DNA of 64,000 bases from NCBI GenBank assembly GCA_010405405.1, contig MU004234.1, positions 1,081,275 through 1,145,274 on the forward strand, read 5' to 3'. The DNA comes from Microthyrium microscopicum. Lineage: Eukaryota. A program made the position numbers and the translations under genes. Positions within the stretch are counted from its first letter, which is position 1, and each line of letters starts with the position of its first letter. Under the pieces are notes generated by a model. That model searched no databases. It saw only the letters and a list, made by a program, of their open reading frames with translations, and was not told where the DNA came from. Below, one piece after another: positions 37,777 to 49,800 of the stretch.

Positions 37777-39516
37777 GATGTATGATGCTAATGTGTTCAA
37801 CCAAAAAACCTTGTGATTTCAGGGTCATTGGCTTTTGCTGCCTTGGAGTTCAGGACCAGTGCAATAGAACATGGCACGGGGATCATATCCTTATCAGGGA
37901 AAACAGTCATGCTTTTGACATGTACGCTACTCTCCCACTCCGTTCTTGTATATACCTTTAAATCAAGACTATTTCAACTATCTGTAGGCTTAGCTCAGCC
38001 TTACACGTGTATATTCGACTAGTGAACTGGTCAGTCCACTGCGGAATTTCGACTTGCTCCTCCATGGTAGCAAGCTCAATATGCTAGTTATTTTTGGTTC
38101 TATGAAAGGATGACATGTCAGACGAGATGAACAGTCACGATGCTTACTTATGTTGCAATCTTGGAGGATGAGAAAATGCTACCATTTGCCCGGTTCAAAT
38201 CCCAGTTACTTCAGCCTCATATCTCACCAAAACCGGGCAGAAGGTTTGCCTCTTGAAAGCAATCTTAAGATCTAGACCCTGCATTTCAATTTCGTATCCT
38301 TACACTTATCACGAGTTTTGACCGAGGCCTTACCAGGAACCAACGTGTATTTGCGACAAGGGTCACTTAACCCTGTATAGATCGATATTCGTTGCGCCGG
38401 GTGATGCTATGAGACTACACTCGTGGCAGGGCATAGTGGACGCTGGCGCAACAGAACAAACTAGGAATCGCCTGTTTTCAGCCCAAAGAGTCAAGACCTA
38501 CCTGCGTGTCACGGCGCTCTTTTGATACGTCCAAGATGCGTGAAGCGTAAGGAAATATTACCATCAATTAGCACCATGTGGTCTGGTGGATACAGTAAAA
38601 CGTGTACCTATCAAATCCATCGCAAAATATCAAAAGAGACACATCCAAGAAGAAACAAGAAAAAGCAGAAGGAAACAAAACTCAACATTCTTGATTTGAT
38701 GTTCGCCTCCTATCAAATTCTAAGACGGGAAATAGGATCGGGCAGTGCTCACTGATTTTAGAGGCTGAATGGGCAGAGGAAGATAAATTTACCTTCTGTT
38801 ATGCATGCAAGCAACCTAGAAAATCCAGCCACAACCGCAGCCACGTTATCTTACAGTACTCGCCAAGTCGCTGCTAAACAGCGATCCTGATGTTGTTGTT
38901 GGTGGTCGTTGGTTGGTTGCCAATCTTGACCTGCCTAACTTCCTGCCCTTTTCTTCGCCAGGCTCTTCCTCCCACGTCTTGAGGCTCGGCGCAGGGCAGA
39001 ACGAGATGGTGCCGTGGGCCTATTTCGTCCCTTCTAATATTACATCTCCATCTGCCCTCCTGTCAGAAATGTCAGATCCATGCCTTCTCCCTAAACCTTG
39101 CCTTAGTGGCTGGACCAAAAACATCGAATGCAAAAGGGCCACTTTGTTTCCTGTGTTGCGCCCAAGATATGTCAAGGCTATGCCTGTCGATAGATCTCTT
39201 GTAACTGACTTGGGTGGGAGTTTAGGAAAACAAATGGGTCTTGACAACGCTCAGCCATTCAATTCAGGCTAACTGGCTGCTGGTCAGCCTTTTCTTGTTG
39301 CGTTGTTTGGTGGGTGGTGAGTAGTTACTTGGTTGTTCAAATAAACAGAGGACTGCTCCTTCTGTTCGTTGAGATTATGTTTACTGTCACTTGATATCAT
39401 TTGTCGTTCACTTGAGAGCAGTCACTACATTTCAAATCAAACTCACATACCTACCTATTTAGTCCATTCCAAGTCCAGTCTCTCTTCTCTCAGAGCTCTT
39501 CTATCACACGATCGCA

Positions 39517-40735
39517 ATGAGACTTTACTCAATAGCTGCCCTGGTGGCAGCATTCCATTCAGCTCATGCGATTGACTTGAATTCACAAGATCCAGGTTTG
39601 CTATTTCCCCTCGGAATTGAAGGACAAGTCGCTGATTTCTCTAGGATCTATACGTGGAGTATCCCACAAAGTAGTTTCGAATTTGGTCTCAATGATGCCT
39701 GGGGGACTTCTACCACAAGCTCCACAATACTACTGGTGGGAAAGCGGCGGCAGTCTAGGAGGCCTTCTCGAATATTGGCATGCCACTGGAGATGGATCTC
39801 AAAACGCTATGATAACACAAGGCCTCCTGTCTCAAAAGACCGCAGCCAACAATTTCCGCACTGGTGATTGTACCGGCAATGACGACCAAGGATGGTGGGC
39901 ACTCACTGCAATGTCGGCGGCTGAATATGGACTGCCACAAGTACCAGGCAACCCAAGCTGGCTGTCGCTTGCTCAAAATGTATTCCAAGAGTTCACCACT
40001 CGATGGGATCCCACCACCTGCAACGGAGGCATGGGCTGGCAGATTGCTTCTGGTGCAAGTGGCTTTCACTACAAGAACTCAATCTCCAACGGACTGTTTT
40101 TCCAACTGGCTGCGCGTTTGGCACGCTTCACTGGAAATCCTGACTACACCAACTGGGCCAACAAGATCTACGACTGGACAACATCCGTGGGCCTCATAGA
40201 CAATGACTTTAAGGTGTACGACGGCGCTGACGCCACGAAAAACTGTGTTGGGCTGGACCACAATGAATGGAGCTACAACGTTGGCGTCTTCCTCTATGGT
40301 GCGGCAGTGATGCAGGATTACACAAACGACCCCAAATGGGCACCGCGCACAACTGGGCTCATCAAGTCAACGGGCTCTTTTCTCAAAGATGGAGTTCTAT
40401 TTGAGAAACAGTGCGAGGTTGATGGCAAATGTAACACAGACCAGCAATTCTTCAAGGCGTTCCTTTCCAGGTGGCTGGCTGCAACTGCAGTCATGGTGCC
40501 ATCTACACAGGGCGCTATATCACCAATTCTGGGGGCATCAGCAACGGCAGCCGCAGCAACGTGTGCTAGTGGTGGACAGCAGCTGTGCGGCTCTCGTTGG
40601 TACACCAAAGCAATTGATACAGTTACAGGGGCCGGGTCACAGCTGGCGGTTCTGGATGTGATGAATGGCCTCCTTACGACTTCCACTGGCAAGCCGGGGA
40701 AGGCCAGCAAGAAAGCCAAACGGTTTGCTGCTTAA
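39517..40735 (+). CDS. Secreted glycoside hydrolase family 76 (Dfg5/Dcw1-like alpha-1,6-mannanase); intron 39596-39644
   Basis: Signal peptide MRLYSIAALVAAFHSAHA; YYWWESG, GNDDQGWW (catalytic DD), CNGGMGWQI, YKNSISNG, WSYNVG. Confidence 0.92.
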
Positions 40736-41186
40736 TCTTTTCATGTCTACGTTGTAATTGTAATTGTAATGTTTTGGTGTTTGGTTTTAGCATAATGAGA
40801 TACCTTGGGTAGACGGAATACATAGACGAGCGTAGCATAGCCAGTAATTTAATTAGTTATTTCCAATCAAGAACTGTTCAATATGATGTTTGTCTTGAGC
40901 TTTTGAGGAAGAGTTTGCTACAGAAAGGATAATTCTACCAAGTTGAGCTTCTTCTGAGGTGGTATAGGTCATGGCAAGCAGATTGAACAATGAGTCTTTT
41001 GCTCTTCAATGCTTGTTACATCCAGCATGTACTTTGTCCGCCAGAACATCTGTTTGTATACTGACGCGCTCTTTGCCATCATCAGTTGATATTCCCAGCA
41101 ACGACGAAAACGTATATGAACATTCCAGTACGCCACCGACGATTCAATTCAGCTCATTATTCCCACCGTCAAGAGCTTCAACCAAG

Positions 41187-42209
41187 ATGGCTTTATCACG
41201 CCTCCTAGAAACAGCCATCTCCCGACCAATCCTCACCACCTCCCTAGCAATCACCCTAGCCTACGCCAGCATCAAATACTACCACCAACGCTCCAACGAC
41301 TCTTCCAAACCAATCTCAGTCAACTACCACTTCACGCGCCACTGCAACTACCAATGCGGCTTCTGCTTCCACACCGAAACATCCTCCCGCCAACTCCCCT
41401 CTCAGGACTGGCAACACGGCCTGCACCTCCTCAAACAAGCCGGCATGCTTAAACTAAACTTCGCCGGCGGAGAACCATTTCTCTACCCGAAAACTCTCAG
41501 CGCCATGTGCCGCTATGCAAAAGACGTACTTAACCTCGAATCCGTAAGCATCGTCAGCAACGGTTCGAAAATCACGGAGCGCTGGATCAGAGAAAATGCA
41601 AAATATGTGGATATCATCGCCGTCAGCTGTGATAGTTTCAATCCAGAAACCAACATCGCCATCGGGCGCGGCACGAGCGGTGAAAATGTTACGTTTCTGC
41701 GTCGTGTGGCGAGTTGGTGTGCACAATACGGTATAAAATTCAAGATGAATACGGTCGTGTGTAGTTTGAACTGGGACGAAGATATGGCCAACCATATTGT
41801 GGCGTTGGCGCCATTTCGATGGAAAGTGTTTCAGTGTCTACTCGTCACGGGTGAGAATGAGAATGAGGAGCGCAAGAGAGATGCGAGGAAATTGTTGGTT
41901 AGTGATGAGCAGTGGAAGGTGTTTTGTGAGAGACATGGGCATTTGGAGTGTTTTGTGCCGGAGAGTAATGAGATGATGAAGAGTAGTTATTTGATTTTGG
42001 ATGAGGATATGTGCTTTTTGGATAAGGGGGATGGGGAGGAGACGAGGAGTGAGAGTATTCTCAAGGTTGGTGTGAGGGAGGCTATGAAGCAGGTCAGGTT
42101 TGATCGGGAGGCGTTTGTGAAGAGAGGTGGAGTTTATGAATGGGGAAGGGAGGAGGAGAGTGGTTGTGGTAGTGAGAGTGGATTGTTGATGGAAGAGTTG
42201 GAGTTCTGA
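41187..42209 (+). CDS. RSAD2: Viperin (RSAD2) radical SAM antiviral nucleotide dehydratase
   Basis: SVNYHFTRHCNYQCGFCFHT (CxxxCxxC), KLNFAGGEPFL, SIVSNGS, AVSCDSF, FKMNTVV, RWKVFQCL, VPESN..SYLILDE, RGGVYEW; N-terminal hydrophobic helix; intronless. Confidence 0.95.
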   Translation: MALSRLLETAISRPILTTSLAITLAYASIKYYHQRSNDSSKPISVNYHFTRHCNYQCGFCFHTETSSRQLPSQDWQHGLHLLKQAGMLKLNFAGGEPFLYPKTLSAMCRYAKDVLNLESVSIVSNGSKITERWIRENAKYVDIIAVSCDSFNPETNIAIGRGTSGENVTFLRRVASWCAQYGIKFKMNTVVCSLNWDEDMANHIVALAPFRWKVFQCLLVTGENENEERKRDARKLLVSDEQWKVFCERHGHLECFVPESNEMMKSSYLILDEDMCFLDKGDGEETRSESILKVGVREAMKQVRFDREAFVKRGGVYEWGREEESGCGSESGLLMEELEF

Positions 42210-44732
42210 AAATAAAGATGGTGTTGGGCGCTTGGATATGGATATGAAAGGGATGAAGTTAAATTTAGTAGATGCTTCAGTTCTGGATCTGCTCGTTCGA
42301 TTGATCCTGCGAGGATGAAATTGTTAGGAGAAGGATTAGAAACAAAATTCATAATGGAGATAATTAATCAATAGTAGATTCTAGGAAGAAAGACTGTCAT
42401 ACATCTTCCTCAAGCTACAGACGAATGACCCCAACCACTGCCCAATCTACAATAGAGATGGTGGTTGACAGCACAAAAGCTATATGTATCGTTACTGTTC
42501 TCAAGAGTTTTGGGAAGCGATTCTACCTTTTGACATTGGCCGAGAACAACACATCGCAAAGGCACTTGTGCACTCCTTTCTACACTTGAATCTCTCGTTA
42601 TTTAGTTTGAATCAGTCAAAGTCAAATTCAAATTCAAAATCTGGATCTCTTCACTCCATATAAGGTTGTCACTAGATGCTTGGCCTCAATTGATACACTT
42701 TTGAGACTTATTTCAAGAAGCTAATCGGGTCCGAGATAGGCTGAACATTATCCGATGCATATTTTAAAAATTGCCAACCTCTGAAAACCATCGGTGAGAA
42801 GTCTCGATGTTCTAGAGTACTTTATACCTTTAGGAGACTCGTCATACATTCAATTTCGAGGTATTTCATGACACCAAGAAAACGTCAAAATGGTCTACGA
42901 TCTCGATTATGGAAATTGGCATGTGCAAAAACTCCTTCTAGAACGAACGACAAGTTCCCATGCAGATCAGCTCTACTCCGTATTACTTGCATATCAGACT
43001 ACTGGTGGAGTAACTTTGCGGGGTGACACCCGCTACTGGGTTTGGTCAACTAACAACACCGGGGAAGCAAGGGGATCGGGCAGATACTGAAACCTGGTAA
43101 ACGAATAAGATAGACGTTCAAAAGATGTATTATTTGTTGATCATTTGAGAAGTGACAGATGTGCATCAAAAATCGCTTACAATTTTTCACTCATCATTTG
43201 ATATAACGCGTCTTGCGCATCCATTTTTAGTCTTCTCAGTCTCCACGATCTTGCCTTTGCACTAATTCCCGATGCCGTTATTTGCGCCGCTAGTTCACTC
43301 GTTGGCGGTTTTGGTGGCGTGTTCTGAAGACCACTCGTCTGCTCCTATTCTTTCCCATCACCCAACCACCGTCTTACGACCGCTAGCCGAAGCTATTGTG
43401 GCTAGCATAACTTTTCGAACCTGAGATGCACGCGACCTCATGATGTATACGTCATGCTTCATACTGGCGCTCGATGTCTACATACACCTCGCGCACTCTG
43501 CGCGAGGTGAACCACATTCGAGATACGGATGATTTCCCCCTGCTAGATATGGAACATGTCGAATACGCGATACTGTAAGGCAGAGTAGCAGTCAATGCAA
43601 GGCGACATTATGGTAGGAACGAGAAAGGGATCGTCACCTAGGATGACAACTAGGATTCGCCTTGGAAATACGAGAACGCCGCACCCATTTGACATGTTCG
43701 CGCTAACAGTTCCATGTCCGCAGAGACTACTGTAGCATTGGATCGTTGGAAGTTCATCGGAGACGCCGTTTTTGCAGGTCATCAAGGACGAAGGAAAAAT
43801 TGTCGCTAGCAGACGTTGTTTGTTGAGTTATCACAAATAATTTGACGAAGGACAAGACTCGGAGCGCCGCTTCGAAGCGTGACGGCGAAGTTCGGCAGCA
43901 CTTGTCGGATTTGTACGACGTTGGCGCAAAGGAGAGGCGAAGATGAAGTGCATGATGGGAGATTGAGACAAGAATCACCAAGCGGCCAGCGAATCTCGAG
44001 TCAGATGTGCGCATTATTGCAGCACCCCGCACGAATTGGTGGAGTCCTCATTCTTTGCGCAGATGCACGTTAGCAAAGGCCCAAGCAGGCAAATTGCAGA
44101 CTGGTCGTAGCGGGTAATGAATTAAGAGAAGCGACGTTGATTTGGTGGCTGGATGGAGTAGTAAACGGGGCCCAGAGTAAATGCGTGTGATGTTAGAAAT
44201 CGCAAGCTTACTGGCCACCGCTTGCCACTATCCGATGCCACATGGCTACCCCAGGCTTGAAGATGGAGTTGTGGTTGACTTTTTCTGCTCTCCGCCTGGA
44301 GAAATTGCGGGACTGACCACTTTGAATGGATGGGAGTGGGGAGACACTGTGGAGCATTAGTGGATCATTATAGCTGGGAGGTCTAACTGCTTGTAGGACT
44401 GCTCCGACGATCGTGTCTGTTTAGGCCAGTAAAGAGCAGTCAATTCAATTCTGACATTTCCAAATTCCGTCCGTCCGTAACCCTGTGGATTTTGTGAATG
44501 CTACCCTGACCACTTTGGTATACAGAACTGGACCACTGACCACAGGTCCACAGGTGACCGCCCTTGCAAGACGCGGAAGCCGACTCGAGCCAAACTCCTT
44601 TGAGCTTACTTGGGCCTCACTGACAGGAAATTAAAACATGGCAACTTCTTATCTCAGTTCTTAGACCCTAACCCTGCCCGTCCGCGGGCTCCCTCCGCAG
44701 GAGGGTCTAAGGCCAACTCAGACCTTTTTAGT

Positions 44733-47700
44733 ATGACGCGCTTCATGGTTATTAGTAAATGCCTATATTATTATAACTATGTCCTTACTACTAATATATA
44801 TATATTTTTAATAATTCTACTATTATTATAATTACTATCTTTTCCTTTATTAATTCTATAAATTATACTTCTTATTAGAAGTACGCGTTGTAGAGGAAAG
44901 TCTTATAAAAATAACCTAATTTCTATATAGGCTAGGCATACCTCTCTTTAGTAATAATAGTAGTAAAGGTAGATTTATCTTTATAATAATAAAGAGTCTA
45001 TATTTATGTATCTTTAATAATATAATAACTATAATAGATTTTAGGAATACCTTAAGTAAGATTTAATATAAGCCTAATAATGCTAAACTATTAGGTTATT
45101 TATAACTAGTAGTAATGACAATACTATAGTAGAGCCTAAATTTAGCTAAATAAAAGCTTACTATAATACTAAAATATATCTAAGATTAGAAGATAACTAT
45201 AAAATTGTTTCTTTTATTATAGGCTAGCTAAAAAGATAGTTATAGCAATATTGTTCTTGATAGTAATCTATACACCAATGTTATTGCTTACTATATGCTT
45301 TTAAAGAACATTATAAAAGAGTTATTAAGTAATAGGATTTTGCTAGAGTATTATACTAATTCTAGATTATAGATAGAGTTTTGTGCCCTTATAAAACTTA
45401 TAGGTTTTAACTGCTTTAGTAGTAGAGTAGATAGTATAAATATTAACTTTAAGAAAGCTATTAAGAAGATAAGGAATACTATACTTATTTAGATAGCCTT
45501 TCTTTATAAACTTATACGTAATTAGGATTATAAGATATATAAATAAAGTAATAAGCTAGAATAGAAGCTTATATATATAATTATAGTAATTATTCTTTAT
45601 TAGTAGAGTAGAGAAATAAATAACTATCTAGTAGCAATACTTAGTATCTATTTACTTAGGTTAAGTATAAAGAGATAGGTTATAGACTTATTAGTAGCTC
45701 TTAGAGTATATACTAGTTATAAGACTATACTAAGGTATATAAAGAAGGTTTTAAGATAGGCCTTAGTATATAATAGTATTATACTTAGTATTAAATATAA
45801 GATCTTATAAGATCTTTAAATATATTATAAGATCTTTAAATATATTGTAAGATCTTTATATATTTTATAAGATCTTTAAAAATCTTAAGTTTATAACCTT
45901 AAAAGAACTTATGCATTGCTAACGCCTAATATATAGAGAAACATTAGATAACGCGTACTAAATTATTAGGCTATCTTATATTATAATAATATAAACTTTG
46001 TATTTTGTAAGCGTAATGAGATAGTAGGCAATACTATAACTATAGTAGCTATTACTACTACTATTATTGTAATCTATTTATCTTTACTTCTAGGAGGACT
46101 AATATAAGATATATATAATCTAATAAAGGAGTTTAACTAGAAATCAATATAGGAAGGCCTATTAGTAAAGGCTAACAGCTAAGGAGGTAAATATATTAAA
46201 ACTATTAGCTAGTGCCTTATTATAGACGCTTTAAAACGTAGCATTCTAAATATTATTAAACCTTAAATTATAAAGCATAAAAAGAATAAATACTAGCTTA
46301 GTATGCTAGACATTAATATACTTATACTATATAAGATAAAGTTTAATTAGCTTAGCGTTATTATAGAGAATAAGGAAATAATAGATAGTACTTACTAAGT
46401 ATATAATAAAATTTTCTTATAATATTTTAGCTTCCTAAAACCTTTAATTAATAATGTAGGAGACGTAGCCTTATTATTAGATATTATAGCGTCTATTTTA
46501 TCCTCTTTACCTAATTCTAGACTAGATACCTCTTTATCTAGTGTAGCCTATTCGTTTTCTACCTAAATATATAGTAGGAGTTTATTAGTCTATTATATCT
46601 CTAGCTAGAATAAATCTAATATAGATATATCTAAGAATATATCCTTGTCTAGTAGCGGCCCTAAAGATAATAACTATAATAATAAGTAGATTAATATTAA
46701 AGATAATAATACAAATAAGCTTAATAATAGTAAAATTAGAGAGGTATTTAATAAAGAAGGTAGTATAGATATTAAGTCTATTAGTAATATAAGTATGTTT
46801 CTTAATTCTAGACGCGATATTCCTCTAGTAAATTCTATACTAGTATTATTATCTAGCATCTTAGGTATAGTTAGTAATAAAAACTCTACTAATAGTTTAT
46901 AAGTATTAGATTTAAGTGCTAGGATCTTTAGAAAGAGGCTATTTCTTACCTATAATAATTAGTTAAGCATAAAGATTAATTGCTCTATTAAGGCTAAGGC
47001 ATTTAATGAAATATAACTATATAATTTAAGGAAGTTTTTTTATTTAGTTTCTAGGTAGTTCTATATATATATAAACTACTTCTTCTATATTATTTAAACC
47101 TATTAGGATTTCTCTAAGGTTAATATATTAGCTCTATATTCTATTATATATAATATTAATATATAGGGATAAAACTATAGAAAGTATAATAATGCCTAAA
47201 CCTATTAGGTTATTTTTATCTTAATATAAGGATTTAGTAGTAAAGTCTTAGCATTATTTTTATAGAGTATAGACTAGAAAGGTTACTATCCTAAGTATAT
47301 TAATAATTTATTCTTTACTATCTTAGAACTACTTAAATTTTATATTAATAGGTTATCTCTAGAATAGTTTAATAAGATTATTAAAGATATTTATTAAATA
47401 GCCTTTATAAGAAAAGCATAGGATAGGCGCCTAGATAGGAGTAATAATATTAAGTTCTAAACTATATATTAGTACTTATAAGAGATTAAGTTACTCTTAA
47501 CTATATAATATATCCTTAGGTATAGTAATATTAAACTTTTGCGCTTTCTAGTTAACTCTCTAACTATTTACTTTTATAGTACTAGTTAGAATAACTATAG
47601 GGATAAGATACTATAGCTTAGGTAGAACTTATTTAATATAAATACTTCTAAACTTTAAAGGTCTATTCTAGCCTTAAGCTTAGTTAACTAGGAAGGCTAT

Positions 47701-48260
47701 AAGAACTCCTTTAAGCCTATAGATCTTAGACTAGAGCATTTAAATAGTAACTATAGTAAAGATATAAAGTCGTTTAGTAACTTAACTTATAATATTAAGG
47801 CAATATTTAATAGAGTCTACTTTTATAATATATATATACGTTATTTATAAGACGTATTTATACGTACGTTTATATATAAGGCTAGTAATAAGTATACTAA
47901 CGCTAGTATAAAGTATAATATATTCTTATTATACTAGAATCTAATTAAAGATAGCTTTACGAAGTCTTAACCCTAGTCTATAATTAAGAACTATGGTTTG
48001 TATTATAACTTGCTAGATATAAAGAGGATAGGACTTAATAAGCTTAATATTAAAGCTAAGTCTTTTAATTATAAAACTACTATTAGGCAAGATTATATAG
48101 GAAATAATATTATAACTAGGCCTATTAATATTCTTAACTAAGACGTTAATAATAATGACTTAAATATATAAGAAGAGGTTGCTATAGAGGAGACTATAAG
48201 TAATATATTATTTAATAGAGATAATCCTAGCGTATTTAAAGCTATGGAAGTTAATTTATA
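44733..48260 (+). pseudogene. RIP-inactivated DUF6589/Academ-type DDE transposase
   Basis: KNSFKPIDLRLEHLN reads directly at 47701-47745. De-RIPed motifs: Y(D)N.NF at 45982, (GDQ)LS at 46954, (GW)F(H)..(M)N at 47053, (GD)IKLL..F...NY near 47521-47600, SLVN.EG near 47677. Probable intron ending at 45936 (CTAAC..TAG). Ends approximate. Confidence 0.72.
45796..45882. repeat. ~20-bp minisatellite (TAAGATCTTTAAATATATTA-like, ~4-5 units) inside the probable transposase intron
   Basis: AAGATCTT recurs at ~10-20 bp spacing. Confidence 0.75.
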
Positions 48261-49614
48261 AATATATATTTATCTAAGGTTTCTATTTTAGTTGTAATTT
48301 ATATAAGGTTAAAATTATAGTAGGATGTAATAGGATCTTATTTATTATAATATAATCTAATTAATATTAGAAAATATTAGATAATGTAAGATAATGTAAG
48401 ATAATGTTAGCTAATAGGATCGCGCTATTTAATTTAGCCTTACTAATAAATACTTTCTTATTTCTATAATAGGATTAATTTAATAGATAACTCTAAGCGC
48501 GTCCTAGATATAGGATAGTATATTAACCTTTATTATACGTTAAATATAGAGGAGTTTAGAGTTACTATAATTTCCTATTTAAGCGTTAGTTATGTCTATT
48601 TATTAGTTTAAGCTTATTCTATATTAGCTTAAAGTATAGAGATAAGGGTAATTTTATGCCGCTAGGTAAACTAATATTATCTATATTAATAGTTTAAATT
48701 AATATCTTAGCCTTGCTTATTATAATATAGGATTCTTTATAAAGTAATATATAGAATAATAGATAATTATATTCTATCTCATATTAGTTTTATAATATTT
48801 TAAGTTTTATCTAAGGATAGTTAGTACTTAGGTTTCTTCTATTATAGATAGAGTAATAGCTTCCTTTAGCTTTAATATAGCCTTATCTTAGGAAGAAGTT
48901 AGTATATTGTTTAATAGGATTATAGTATAGTAAGATATATCACGTATATATCTAAGATAGTAAAGAAATTAATAGAGACGTAGACTAGTTCTAAGGAAGT
49001 AGTTCTTAACTTTTTACTTTAGTATTAGCTATAGTATTTAAAGTAATAAGGATATTAATATTAGTCTAGGTTAGTAGGGTATAGTAGGAAGTTTATTAAC
49101 TATTTAGTTTAGTAGTAGTTATAACTACTATTAGGTAGTAGTTAACATCTTAGAGAGTTTTTAATTAGCTACTATTACCTATTATTATTAGGATAAGAAT
49201 AATAGCTTCGCTATATAGGAACCTAAGGGGAGTAATTATTAAGGAAAAGGAAAAGGAAAAAGAAGTAGTATATATCTATAAATAGTAATAATATATTATG
49301 CTCTTAATAGTCTAGTAAGCTTTTAGAGTTTAGTAATCCTATTAAGAAGTATATGCCTATTACTATATTTAGGACCTCTAAGACTTATAACAAGTAGATT
49401 TGCTTTATTTGCTCTAGTAATATTATAAGCGTAGTTAAATTGCTCTCTTCGTTTAATAGATTATTTTAAAGTATTCCTATTACTCCTTCTATATAATCTA
49501 CTAGGTAATTGCGTAGTAGGTATTAATAGCGCTATATATTGTACCTTACGTTAGCTATTAACGCTAACTTAGTAGGATTAATTACTTAGGTATTAAAGTT
49601 ATTAATTTATAGGT

Positions 49615-49800
49615 AGATAGTATAGCTAGCGCGCTATACTAGTTATTAATGCTAGTTCTATTAGGTTAATTAGCTATATATTAGCTTTATTATAGGGTAA
49701 GTAAATAGCGTGGCTAGCACGTTATAGTAGTTATTAATACTATTTCTATAGGGTTAATTAGCTATATCTTAACTCTATTATAGAGTAGGTAAAGAGTATA
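49615..49800. repeat. ~88-bp tandem repeat, ~2 units
   Basis: GGTTAATTAGCTATA at 49664 and 49752 with similar flanks. Confidence 0.6.

Noticed and set aside
38192..38202. tRNA T-loop / B-box-like GGTTCAAATCC
   Set aside because: Flanks do not form a T-stem and no cloverleaf or A-box is evident.
40971..41186. 72-aa N-terminal extension of the viperin ORF (likewise upstream extensions of the FZO1, MNN9 and IF3 ORFs)
   Set aside because: Downstream ATGs have better context and place the targeting or anchor segments at the N-terminus; the extensions look like UTR.
43500..44100. Coding-like composition between viperin and the RIP block
   Set aside because: All frames are interrupted and no family is recognisable; a pseudogene cannot be supported.
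44666..44675. Telomere repeat CCCTAACCCT
   Set aside because: Fewer than two units; not a telomeric array.
46674..46859. 61-aa minus-strand ORF in the AT block
   Set aside because: Leu/Ile-rich artefact of RIP, antisense to the transposase relic.
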